Of a stretch of DNA of 64,000 nt, positions 1 through 8,499 are shown piece by piece; the stretch's first letter is position 1; each line of letters starts with the position of its first letter. Under the pieces are notes generated by a model, which saw only the letters and a list, made by a program, of their open reading frames with translations, had not been told where the DNA came from and ran no database searches. Source of the DNA: Pseudomonadota bacterium (GTDB taxonomy: Archaea > Thermoplasmatota > SW-10-69-26 > JACQPN01 > JAJPHT01). Made by a program: the position numbers and the translations under genes. The stretch lies in NCBI GenBank assembly GCA_021325135.1, contig JAJPHT010000022.1, positions 32,001 through 96,000 on the forward strand. Reading direction: 5' to 3'.

Positions 1-1366
1 GACACGACCATCGTGAACGTCGCGCTCCCCTCGGTGAAGGCGGACCTGGGCTTCTCCGACACGGGCCTCGCCTGGGTCGTGAACGCCTACGTGCTCACCT
101 TCGGCGGGCTTCTGCTCCTGGGCGGGAGGCTGGGCGACCTGTACGGGCCGCGCCGCCTCTTCCTGGGCGGCATCGCGCTCTTCACCCTCGCTTCCCTCGC
201 GTGCGGCACCGCGACGACGCAGGCGTTCCTCGTCGCCGCGCGCGCCGTGCAGGGCGTGGGCGGCGCGGTGGTCTCCGCCGTCTCGCTCTCGCTGATCATG
301 GGCCTCTTCCCCGAGCCGGAAGGGCGCGCGAAGGCCATGGGCTTCTACGGCTTCGTCGCCGCGGGGGGGCGGCAGCCTGGGCGTCCTCCTGGGCGGCCTC
401 CTCACGCGCGCGCTGAGCTGGCACTGGGTCTTCCTCGTCAACCTGCCCATCGGGATCGCCGTCGCCATCTCCGCCCTCGCGGTCCTCCCCGACACGCGCG
501 GCCAGACGGGCGCGAGGCGCCTCGACGTCGCGGGCGCCGCCACCGTCACGGCCGCCCTCGTGCTCGCCGTGTACGCGGTCGTCAACGGCGGCGCCTCCGG
601 CTGGGCCTCGCCGCGCACGCTGGGCCTCCTCGCCGCCGCGGCCGCGCTGCTGGGGGCGTTCCTCCTCGTGGAGACGCGCGTGCGCGACCCGCTGGTGCCG
701 CTGGGCCTCTTCCGCCTGCGCAACCTCGCGACGGCCAACGCCATCGGCGTCCTCTGGGCCGCCGCCATGTTCGCGTGGTTCTTCCTCGCCGCGCTCTACA
801 TGCAGCTCGTCCTGGGGTACGATCCCCTCCAGGTGGGGCTGGGCTTCCTCGCGTCCAACGTCATCATGGCCGCCTTCTCCCTGGGCCTCTCCGCGAAGAT
901 CGTGCTGCGCTTCGGCATCCGGCTGCCCCTCGCCGCGGGGCTCGCCCTCGCCGCCATGGGGCTCCTCCTCTTCGCGCGGGCGCCCGTGGGCGGGACGTTC
1001 CTCGCGGACGTGCTCCCCGGCATGCTCCTCCTGGGCTTCGGCGCCGGCATGGCGTTCAACCCCGTGCTGCTCGCGGCCATGGGCGACGTGTCCCCCGAGG
1101 ACTCGGGGCTCGCCTCGGGCGTCGTCAACACGTCGTTCATGATGGGCGGCGCGCTGGGCCTCGCCATCCTCGCGAGCCTCGCCGCGGCGCGCACGCAGGC
1201 GCTCGCCGCGTCGGGGGCCGCCCCCCTCGCCGCGCTCAACGGGGGCTATCACGCGGCGTTCCTCGCGGGTGCCCTCTGCGCGGGCGCCGCGGCCGCGCTG
1301 GGCGGCACCCTCTTGAGCCCCGCCGCGCCTCCCGCGCCGTCCCCCGCCGCGCCCGCGGAGGTGTGA
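1..1366 (+). CDS. DHA2/EmrB-QacA family MFS transporter, 5'-truncated by window edge, apparent +1 frameshift in G7 run at ~363-369
   Basis: N-terminal frame has NVALPS, WVVNAY, GGRLGDLYGPRR and ARAVQGVGGA motifs. After the G7 run the MFS sequence continues in the frame of ORF 560..1366 (DVAGA, RDPLVPLGLF, SGLASGVVNTS). Confidence 0.85.
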
Positions 1367-1369
1367 GCC

Positions 1370-1717
1370 GTGAGCCTCGCCAAGAAGCTGAACCTCAAGG
1401 ACGGCATGAAGGTCCGCGTCGTGGGCAAGCCCAAGGACGTGGACCTGGGCGACGTCGCCGCCACCACGTCCGCCAAGGCCGACGCGATCCTCGTCTTCGT
1501 GCGCATGCTCGACGAGGTCGACGCCCGGTGCGCCCCCATGGTGGAGGCCGCGAGGGAGGACCGCCTCGCATGGGCCGCGTACCCCAAGGCAGGCCAGCTG
1601 GGCACCGACCTCAACCGGGACGTCCTGTGGCGGCACCTCCTCCAGCAGGGCATCCAGGGCGTGCGCCAGGTGGCGCTGGACGACGTGTGGAGCGCGATGC
1701 GCTTCCGCCCGAAATGA
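1370..1717 (+). CDS. DUF3052-like hypothetical protein
   Basis: LAKKLNLK ... WAAYPK ... DLNRD ... QVALDDVWSAMRFR pattern; typical codon usage. Confidence 0.7.
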   Translation: MSLAKKLNLKDGMKVRVVGKPKDVDLGDVAATTSAKADAILVFVRMLDEVDARCAPMVEAAREDRLAWAAYPKAGQLGTDLNRDVLWRHLLQQGIQGVRQVALDDVWSAMRFRPK

Positions 1718-2115
1718 AGAAGCGGCCCCCCATCGCTGCGCGCGCCGTGGCCGAGAAGCACCTGCGCCGCAACGGCACGCTGGAGAGCGTGGGACGCAAG
1801 GTCCGCGGCAAGCCCGTCGGCCCGTGGAGGTTCTACCACCACGACGGCAAGACGCTCAAGGCCGCCGGCCGGTTCGACGAGGACGGCCTCTTCACCGGCC
1901 CCTGGAAATGGTACGCCGCCAACGGCGCGGTGCGCCAGGCGGGCCGCTTCGAGAAGGGCCAGCAGGTCGGTCTCTGGAAGCGCTGGTACGGCGGCACCGA
2001 CCAGCTCTGCGACGTCGGGCGCTACGTCGAAGGGAAGCGCGTCGGGCCGTGGACGTTCTACGACCGGAAAGGGGGCGTCCGGCGCAAGCAGGCCTACGCG
2101 CCGAAGAAACGATAG
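1714..2115 (+). CDS. MORN-variant repeat protein (YwqK-like)
   Basis: ATGA overlap with upstream stop; four GxWxxY repeats (GPWRFY, GPWKWY, GLWKRWY, GPWTFY). Confidence 0.75.
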   Translation: MKKRPPIAARAVAEKHLRRNGTLESVGRKVRGKPVGPWRFYHHDGKTLKAAGRFDEDGLFTGPWKWYAANGAVRQAGRFEKGQQVGLWKRWYGGTDQLCDVGRYVEGKRVGPWTFYDRKGGVRRKQAYAPKKR

Positions 2116-2138
2116 CACGAACGCGCTGGGGGTGGAAG

Positions 2139-2211
2139 CGCCGCCTCACGGATTTGAACCGAGGACCTTGGGATTAACAGTCCCACGCTCTACCGGCTAA
2201 GCTAAGGCGGC
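2139..2211 (-). tRNA. tRNA-Asn (GTT)
   Basis: Reverse complement folds as a cloverleaf: GCCGCCT/AGGCGGC acceptor, TGGGA-CT-GTT-AA-TCCCA anticodon arm, GGTTCAAATCC T-loop. Confidence 0.95.
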
Positions 2212-2331
2212 AAGTGGTGCGGCCCGCTCCCGGGAGCCCGGGGGAGAGTCGCGTCCGGTGGCCGGGCAGAGCGGAAGGCCCTCAAAAGGATTTCTACCCC
2301 CGGGACGCGCGGGTCCCGGGGGCGCGCAGGC

Positions 2332-2931
2332 TTACTTCTCCAGTTCCTCGTCGCTCTTGCCCAGGTCGGTCTTGCGCAGGTCGGGGACGACCGGCGCCGC
2401 CGCCTTGTCCTCGGGGATGGCGTCGCCGACCTGCTGCATGGCGTTCTCCTGGAGGGAGGAGCCGCGCACGTTGCTCATGCCGGAGCCGCCCTGCATGGAG
2501 GAGCCGCCCATGGCGCCCGCGCCGGAGGCGCTTCCGCCCGGCTGCGAGCCGCTGCGGACGGTCTCCTTGACGTGGTCCTTGGTGCGCTTGACCTCCTCGG
2601 CGGTGGTGCCCACGACCTGGCGCGTGGTCTCACCGGCCTTGCTGATGGCCTCCTTGGTGGAGCCGGCGAGGTCGTGCTTCTTGGCCTCCTCGCTGAAGCC
2701 CTTGAGGGCGCCCGCGACGGCGGCGACGCCCTTCTGGACGGTCTCCTTGACCTTGTGCTTGACCTCCTCGGGGCTGGACTCCTTGAAGCGCTTCTCGCTG
2801 GCGCCCATGGTGGAGCCGCCCTGCGAGCCCGTCTCGGCGAAGGTCTCGCCGTAGGGGGTCTCGCGCGTCGCGTTCTCCTGCTCGTTTCCCATCTCGTTGC
2901 CCATGTTGCTCGTGTTCTCGTTGTCTTCCAT
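2332..2931 (-). CDS. Hydrophilic low-complexity LEA/general-stress-like protein
   Basis: E/K/G/S/T-rich, no TM segment, normal codon usage, GAGGTGA RBS-like sequence upstream. Confidence 0.6.
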   Translation of the reverse strand: MEDNENTSNMGNEMGNEQENATRETPYGETFAETGSQGGSTMGASEKRFKESSPEEVKHKVKETVQKGVAAVAGALKGFSEEAKKHDLAGSTKEAISKAGETTRQVVGTTAEEVKRTKDHVKETVRSGSQPGGSASGAGAMGGSSMQGGSGMSNVRGSSLQENAMQQVGDAIPEDKAAAPVVPDLRKTDLGKSDEELEK

Positions 2932-2943
2932 CGTCAGTTCACC

Positions 2944-3747
2944 TCAGAAGCCTGCCCGGCCGCGGCCCGCGAAGGCCTCGCGGGCGGGGCGGCCCACGTA
3001 GCGGATCTCCTCGCGCGAGCGCTGGAGCCTCCGGCGCGTCTCCGCCTTCGCGTGCGCGGCGCGGCTGCGCGCCACGCCCCACGCGACCAGCGCGATCACG
3101 ACGTCGATCCCGACGGTGATCCACGTGCCGGCGGGGTCGAAGAGGAGCTTGTTGAGCCCCGCGATGAGGGCGATGTGCAGGATGATCCACGCGGTCAGCG
3201 CGACGACGCCCAGGAGGACGCCCATGGAGATGGACGTCGTGAGGCCGCTCCACCAGGCGCCCGCGGCGGCCTTCAGCTCGCGGCCCACCTTGCGCGGCGC
3301 GGCGCGGGCCCGGCGGCCGGACTCGGCCACCGCGTCGGCGCGGACCCTCACCTCCTCCTTGAACGTCGAGGCCGCGTCCTTCGCGTCCTCGATCCTCTCG
3401 CTCACCGCGTAGGAGACGTCCTGCGCGGTGGCCTTCACGGCGTCGGTCGCGCGGCCGGCCGCTTCCGCGGTCGCCTCGCCCGCGCGCTTGACGCCGCGGC
3501 CCACCATGCGCATCTCGGGCGTCGCGGCCTGCGTGGCGCCCTCCTCGGCCGCGGCCCGGACGACCTTGCCGGCCTCCTGCACGCTCTCCTGGGCGTCGCG
3601 GCCCAGGTCGTTCTCCTCCAGCGCCTCGACGAAGCCCTCGATGGCCCCTGCGAGGGCGGCGGCGAAGCGACGCGCGCTCTCCTCGGCTTCGCGCCGCACC
3701 GATTCGTAGTCCGTGCTCTCGACGTCGTCGTCCGGAATGCGAGTCAC
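2944..3747 (-). CDS. Ala/Glu-rich helical protein with C-terminal 2-TM holin-like (YqjE/Phage_holin_3_6-like) segment
   Basis: Amphipathic A/E/R-rich N-terminus followed by two hydrophobic helices; GAGGTG RBS. Confidence 0.55.
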   Translation of the reverse strand: MTRIPDDDVESTDYESVRREAEESARRFAAALAGAIEGFVEALEENDLGRDAQESVQEAGKVVRAAAEEGATQAATPEMRMVGRGVKRAGEATAEAAGRATDAVKATAQDVSYAVSERIEDAKDAASTFKEEVRVRADAVAESGRRARAAPRKVGRELKAAAGAWWSGLTTSISMGVLLGVVALTAWIILHIALIAGLNKLLFDPAGTWITVGIDVVIALVAWGVARSRAAHAKAETRRRLQRSREEIRYVGRPAREAFAGRGRAGF

Positions 3748-3797
3748 CTCGTGATGCCGCTTGGTCGTCCGGAAGCGGGCTTAGCCGTTCTGGCCGC

Positions 3798-5543
3798 GTG
3801 GCCGGTGTGGTTTCGGCGCGCCGGCCGAGCGGACGTAGCGGGGGGCGCTCCCTCCACGCGCGCTTGACGCCCTCCTCGCCGCTCACTGCCGAGCAGTCCG
3901 CCGCCGTGCGCTGCGCGGCGCACGCGCTGGAGATCCGCGCGGGAGCGGGCACCGGCAAGACGCACACGCTCGCGCACCGCGTGGCGCACCTCGCGCCCGC
4001 GCCGGCGCAGCAGGCGCGCGTCCTCGTCGTCACCTTCACCCGGGAGGCGACCGCGGGCCTCCAGCGGCGCCTCTCTCTTCTCTTGGGCCGCGACCACCTG
4101 GTGCGCGTCGTCTCGTTCCACCAATGGGCCGCGCGGGAGCTTCCCCCCGAGGAGCGCCGCTTCCTCGGCGACGCGGAGGCGCGCAAGGCGATCCACGAGG
4201 GGATCGCGCGGGCGCGCCCCGGCCCCGGCCTGCGCCGCGCGCTGGGCGTCTCCGCCGCGGGCAACGACGACGTCGCGGGCCGCCTCCTGGGCGCGCTCTC
4301 CTTCGTGAAGAACGCGCAGACCACGCTGGGCTCCGCGCTGGAGGGCGCCCTCTCGGGCCTCGCCCCGTGGCGCGACGAGCTGGAGACGATATCAGAGACC
4401 TACGAGCGCCGCAAGGGCGATCGCCTGGACTACGACGACCTCCTCATCGCGTTCCGCGACCGGCTGCGCGGCAGCGCCGCGTTCCGCTCGGGCGTCGTCT
4501 CGCGCCTCGACCACGTCCTCGTCGACGAGTACCAGGACGTGAACGCCATCCAGGCGCAGGCGGTGCATCTTGTGACCGCGGGCCCCGGGGGCGCGCGCGC
4601 CACGGTGGTGGGCGACGCGCGGCAGAGCATCTACGGCTTCCGCGGCGGCGCGCCCCGGCACCTGGAGGACTTCCTGGCGCCCTACGGCAAGCGCGGCAAG
4701 CGGCTCGCCCTCACCGTGAGCTTCCGCAGCGACCGCGCGCTCGTGGAGGCCGGCAACCGCGCGCTGCCCACCGCGTTCCCGCTGCGCGCGCGGCGCGGGG
4801 CGGCGCGCGGCGAGGCGCCCGAGGTCCGCGCGTGCGAGGACCCGCGCGACGAGGCGCGCGTCCTGGCCGACCACGTGGAGGCGCTGCTGGCGGAAGGGGC
4901 GGACCCGCGCGAGATCGTCGTGCTATCACGCGCGCGGCACCTCGCCCTGCCCTACCAGGAGGAGGTGGTCGCGCGGCGCGCCGACGAGGCCTGGGCCGAG
5001 GACCACCCCGGCGCCATGGCGGACGCCATCGACGCCTTCCTCGTGGCCGCGCGCCGGCGCCGCGCCGCGCTGGACCCGTGGGCCGCCGCGCAGGAGGGCG
5101 AGCTGGGCCGCGCCGCGCGCATCCTCGCCCGCCGCGCCCGCAGCCAGGCGCTCCCCGCGCGCCCCACCGCCGCGCGCCTCCTCGCGCTCCCCCGCGGCGA
5201 GGACCTCTTCCACGTGAAGGCCATGACCATCCACGCCGCCAAGGGGCTGGAGTGGGACCACGTCCTCCTCGCGGGCGCGCGCGAGGGCGGCCTCCCCAGC
5301 GACCACGCGCTCCAGGCGCCCGAGGGCGTGCGCGACGCCCTCGTCGAGGAGGAGCGCCGCCTCCTCTACGTCGCCCTCACGCGGGCGCGCAGGAGCTTCC
5401 TCGCCACGTGGCCGCGCCTGGGCGAGCGCCGCGCGCACGCGCCGTGCCGCTGGCTGGAGACGCTGGAGAGAGGGCGCGCGCCGGAGCCGATGCCGGCCCG
5501 GTCGTCCCCGCCACGAGGGGCCATCCACCTGAAGGCTCTTTGA
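3798..5543 (+). CDS. UvrD/REP (SF1A) helicase, compact; start uncertain
   Basis: AGAGTGKT, VTFT, DEYQD, VGDARQSIYGFRG, TIHAAKGLEW and EERRLLYVALTRA motifs. Confidence 0.9.
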   Translation: MAGVVSARRPSGRSGGRSLHARLTPSSPLTAEQSAAVRCAAHALEIRAGAGTGKTHTLAHRVAHLAPAPAQQARVLVVTFTREATAGLQRRLSLLLGRDHLVRVVSFHQWAARELPPEERRFLGDAEARKAIHEGIARARPGPGLRRALGVSAAGNDDVAGRLLGALSFVKNAQTTLGSALEGALSGLAPWRDELETISETYERRKGDRLDYDDLLIAFRDRLRGSAAFRSGVVSRLDHVLVDEYQDVNAIQAQAVHLVTAGPGGARATVVGDARQSIYGFRGGAPRHLEDFLAPYGKRGKRLALTVSFRSDRALVEAGNRALPTAFPLRARRGAARGEAPEVRACEDPRDEARVLADHVEALLAEGADPREIVVLSRARHLALPYQEEVVARRADEAWAEDHPGAMADAIDAFLVAARRRRAALDPWAAAQEGELGRAARILARRARSQALPARPTAARLLALPRGEDLFHVKAMTIHAAKGLEWDHVLLAGAREGGLPSDHALQAPEGVRDALVEEERRLLYVALTRARRSFLATWPRLGERRAHAPCRWLETLERGRAPEPMPARSSPPRGAIHLKAL

Positions 5544-5566
5544 GGGGCCGTTCTGTTACACGCCGC

Positions 5567-6184
5567 ATGCCGGAGACCGTGACACCCGCCCAAGCCATCC
5601 GCAACCTGCTCGAGATCCAGAAGAAGGAGTGGGCGGGACGCCTGGGCTCCGTGGAGGGGCGCTACTCGCACTACGTCGGGCTGGCCGCCGACCGCGCGCA
5701 GTGGTACGCCGAGAAGCGCGTGAAGCATCGGCGCGTGGGGCGCGGGCTGAGGTTCGCCGCCATCCTCCTGGGCATCCTCGCCGGGCTCGTCCCCCTCGTG
5801 GCGCCGCTCACGATCCCCCTGGGGAAGTCGACCACGCTCACCATCCTGGCGATCCACGCCACCATCCCGCTCGCGGTGGCCGCGGGGCTCGTGCTGCTGG
5901 ACAAGTTCTTCGGCTTCTCCACGACGTGGCTGCGCTTCGTCCAGACCGAGCAGGCCATCGTGAGCCTCGCCGACAAGTTCCAGGCCGACTGGCAGAAGCG
6001 CAGCGAAGGGTGGACCGCCCCCATGGACGCCGCCCAGCGCGCCGAGGCCGGCAAGCTCATCGAGGAGTTCGTCGGGCGCATCGACGCGCTCGTGCAGAAG
6101 GAGACGAACGTCTGGATCGCGGAGTTCACGGGCGCCATGGCGCACATGGACGAGAGCGCCTCGGGCGCGAAGACGCCTGCGTGA
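5567..6184 (+). CDS. SLATT-domain (2TM effector) protein
   Basis: WY..KR, two TM helices, LLDKFFGFSTTWLRF, ET.VW..EF, as in SLATT families. Confidence 0.75.
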   Translation: MPETVTPAQAIRNLLEIQKKEWAGRLGSVEGRYSHYVGLAADRAQWYAEKRVKHRRVGRGLRFAAILLGILAGLVPLVAPLTIPLGKSTTLTILAIHATIPLAVAAGLVLLDKFFGFSTTWLRFVQTEQAIVSLADKFQADWQKRSEGWTAPMDAAQRAEAGKLIEEFVGRIDALVQKETNVWIAEFTGAMAHMDESASGAKTPA

Positions 6185-6267
6185 GAACCGCGCAGAGACG
6201 AGTCCTGCCGGATTCGGCTGATCCGTGTCTGCGCCTGCGCTTCGCCATCTTCGATGGCCCGGTGTAG

Positions 6268-6352
6268 TGCGCAGATACGGATTTGAACCGTAGAATCCCT
6301 AAGGAACTAGCCCCTCAAGCTAGCACCGTTGGCCAGGCTTGGTTATCTGCGC
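6268..6352 (-). tRNA. tRNA-Leu (GAG)
   Basis: 85-nt cloverleaf with long variable arm; CTAGC-TT-GAG-GG-GCTAG anticodon arm; GGTTCAAATCC. Confidence 0.95.
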
Positions 6353-6420
6353 GGATGCGATCCCCTGAGGTTGGGGGGTATGCCTGGAAACCCGTTCCCC
6401 TATTTGAAAAATGGGGTCGC

Positions 6421-6948
6421 TCAGACGGGGACGACGCCCACGAAGAGGGCGAAGGCGAGGACGAGGAGCGTCGCGACGGTCACGACGGGCATGAACGGGT
6501 ACGCGGCCTTGCCGCGCCCCAGGAGCCTCGCGGCGGGCCAGGCCAGGAGCTTGAGCGCGACGAAGTAGAGGACCACGAGGAGGGGCGGGAAGAGGGCGGC
6601 CGCCGCGACGCAGGCCGCGACGTCCGCGGTGGCGAGGCGCAGCCAGAGGCCGATGGCGCGGTGGCTCAGGAGCGCGAAGAGGACGATGAGGCCCCACTTG
6701 GCGAAGAAGGGCGCGCCGGGGCGGAAGTCGACGGCCCAGACGTGGATCGCCAGGAGGACGACGGCGAAGGCCCACCAGACGTCCATGAACTCGCGCTGCG
6801 CCGACATGTGCTTCACGTCGGAGAGCGTGGCCACCACGAAGGAGCCCAGGAGGAAGAAGAGGCCGTCCACCTCCAGGGGCGAGAGGTCCCACGCCACGAA
6901 GGGCGAGAGCGCGTCGAGCACGCTCCGGCGATCCTCCGGGCGCGCCAT
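6421..6948 (-). CDS. Divergent A24-like prepilin (class III signal) peptidase
   Basis: Multi-TM protein with first Asp in SDVK, second in LATADV (GxGD equivalent) and C-terminal YPFMP; divergently transcribed from pilins. Confidence 0.65.
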   Translation of the reverse strand: MARPEDRRSVLDALSPFVAWDLSPLEVDGLFFLLGSFVVATLSDVKHMSAQREFMDVWWAFAVVLLAIHVWAVDFRPGAPFFAKWGLIVLFALLSHRAIGLWLRLATADVAACVAAAALFPPLLVVLYFVALKLLAWPAARLLGRGKAAYPFMPVVTVATLLVLAFALFVGVVPV

Positions 6949-7070
6949 GAACGCGTCGAATCGCGTTCGGAGACGCGCGCGCGGCGCGCCGCTCCCCGCG
7001 ATAGCATTTTGGGTCCGCCAGGCCGGGAGACGGGGGAACGACGCCGGGGTTCCCTGTCGCCCGACCGTGG

Positions 7071-7080
7071 TCTTATATAG
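7071..7080 (+). promoter_or_regulatory. TATA box for pilin genes
   Basis: TCTTATATAG about 60 nt upstream of ATG 7138; GGAGGA RBS at ~7125. Confidence 0.6.
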
Positions 7081-7137
7081 GCCCTGCAACCGAGCAACCC
7101 GGCGAGTTGGGTTTCGGCCCGCTCGGAGGACCAAACG

Positions 7138-7617
7138 ATGAAAGCGAACCAGAAGTTCCTGGCTGGCGACGATGAGGCTGTTTCCCCGGTCATCGCCGTG
7201 ATCCTGATGGTGGCCATCACCGTCGTGCTCGCGGCGACCGTCTACGTCTGGGTATCCGGCTTCGGCGCCCAGAGCGGCAACCCGCAGAAGAGCATGTCGC
7301 TCACCAGCGCGGGCGCCCTGTCGGGCGGCTTCAAGACGTACAGCGTCGCGTCGAGCACCACCGGCATGAAGTACGGTGACATCTCGGTCACGCTCAACGG
7401 CGCGACCTTCGCCATGGACGCCACCGTCGCGTGCGCGAGCCCCCAGACCATCCCGACCGCCAGCCAGTACCTGGCGTGCACGGGCACGACGCGCCACGTC
7501 GCGGGCGACGTCATCAGCGCGGGCGACGTCATCTCGCTGCGCGCCTCGAGCGGCGACACGCTGCGCATCCTCGACTCGCAGGCGAACGCGGTCATCCTGA
7601 CCCTGACGGTGGGCTGA
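7138..7617 (+). CDS. Archaeal type IV pilin (DUF1628/Pilin_N)
   Basis: DEA|VSPVIAVILMVAITVVLAATVYVW class III signal and H-domain. Confidence 0.92.
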   Translation: MKANQKFLAGDDEAVSPVIAVILMVAITVVLAATVYVWVSGFGAQSGNPQKSMSLTSAGALSGGFKTYSVASSTTGMKYGDISVTLNGATFAMDATVACASPQTIPTASQYLACTGTTRHVAGDVISAGDVISLRASSGDTLRILDSQANAVILTLTVG

Positions 7618-7630
7618 GGGAGTTGATCTC

Positions 7631-8119
7631 TTGAAGGCCAACCGCAAGTTCCGCATGGACGACGACGGCGTCTCCCCGGTCATCGCCGTGATCCTGATGG
7701 TGGCCATCACCGTCGTGCTCGCGGCGACCGTCTACGTCTGGGTGTCGGGATTCGGCGCCCAGTCGAGCTCGCCGCAGAAGAGCATCGCGCTCACCAGCGC
7801 GGCCGCGCTCAGCGGCGGCAAGAAGACGTACACCATCGCCTCGTCGACGAGCACCATCAAGTACAGCGACATCCGCGTCACGGTGAACGGCGTGCAGCAG
7901 GACCTCACGCAGACGAGCCCCGGCACGGCCGGCGCCTGCTCCACGACGCCCGCGGCGGCCACGCTCTTCGTGGCGTGCGCGCAGAACGCCGAGGCGCTCA
8001 ACGCGACGATCATCCACGCCGGCGACACGCTGACGCTGGGTGGCGTCAGCTCGGGCCAGACGCTGCGCATCCTGGACTCCCAGGCCAACGCGGTGATGCT
8101 GACCCTGACCATCGGGTGA
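7631..8119 (+). CDS. Archaeal type IV pilin paralog (TTG start)
   Basis: DDG|VSPVIAVILMVAITVVLAATVYVW; shares C-terminal TLRILDSQANAV with the upstream pilin. Confidence 0.92.
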   Translation: MKANRKFRMDDDGVSPVIAVILMVAITVVLAATVYVWVSGFGAQSSSPQKSIALTSAAALSGGKKTYTIASSTSTIKYSDIRVTVNGVQQDLTQTSPGTAGACSTTPAAATLFVACAQNAEALNATIIHAGDTLTLGGVSSGQTLRILDSQANAVMLTLTIG

Positions 8120-8131
8120 GGATCGTCCCCC

Positions 8132-8172
8132 GCGGCCCGGGCGACCGGGCCGCACCCCCTCTTCTTTTCATC
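8132..8172 (+). terminator. Hairpin plus pyrimidine tract after pilin pair
   Basis: GCGGCCCGG-gcga-CCGGGCCGC followed by CCCCCTCTTCTTTTC. Confidence 0.55.
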
Positions 8173-8384
8173 TTCTGACGAACTCCAGGCGGAGCCATCT
8201 CCGGCGAAGCGCGACAAGCCGGCAGGCTCCCGGGCGTGTTCACGCGCGGAGGTGACACCCTCCCCGTGACACGCCGTGTCGGTGCGTCCCGCCGCTTGCC
8301 GGCGCTCGCGATTTCCACGAGAGAAACGCACGCACGCCGGACCTCGTTTCGCGCATCGCCGGCCCCCGACCGTTAACGGAAGTG

Positions 8385-8392
8385 TTTTTAAG
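8385..8392 (+). promoter_or_regulatory. TATA box of surface glycoprotein gene (long 5' UTR)
   Basis: TTTTTAAG about 110 nt upstream of ATG 8500; GGAGGA RBS at 8485-8490. Confidence 0.55.
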
Positions 8393-8499
8393 GGGGCCGT
8401 GGTTCGCGGCTCCAGACGGAGAGCCAGCTCTCTCACAGACGGCTGGGCATGATCCGCGAAATGGGACGAATCGTTTCGAATCATGGAGGAATCCATACC

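Noticed and set aside
2139-6352. Integrated element between tRNA-Asn and tRNA-Leu
   Set aside because: No integrase, no duplicated tRNA 3' end and no obvious compositional shift.
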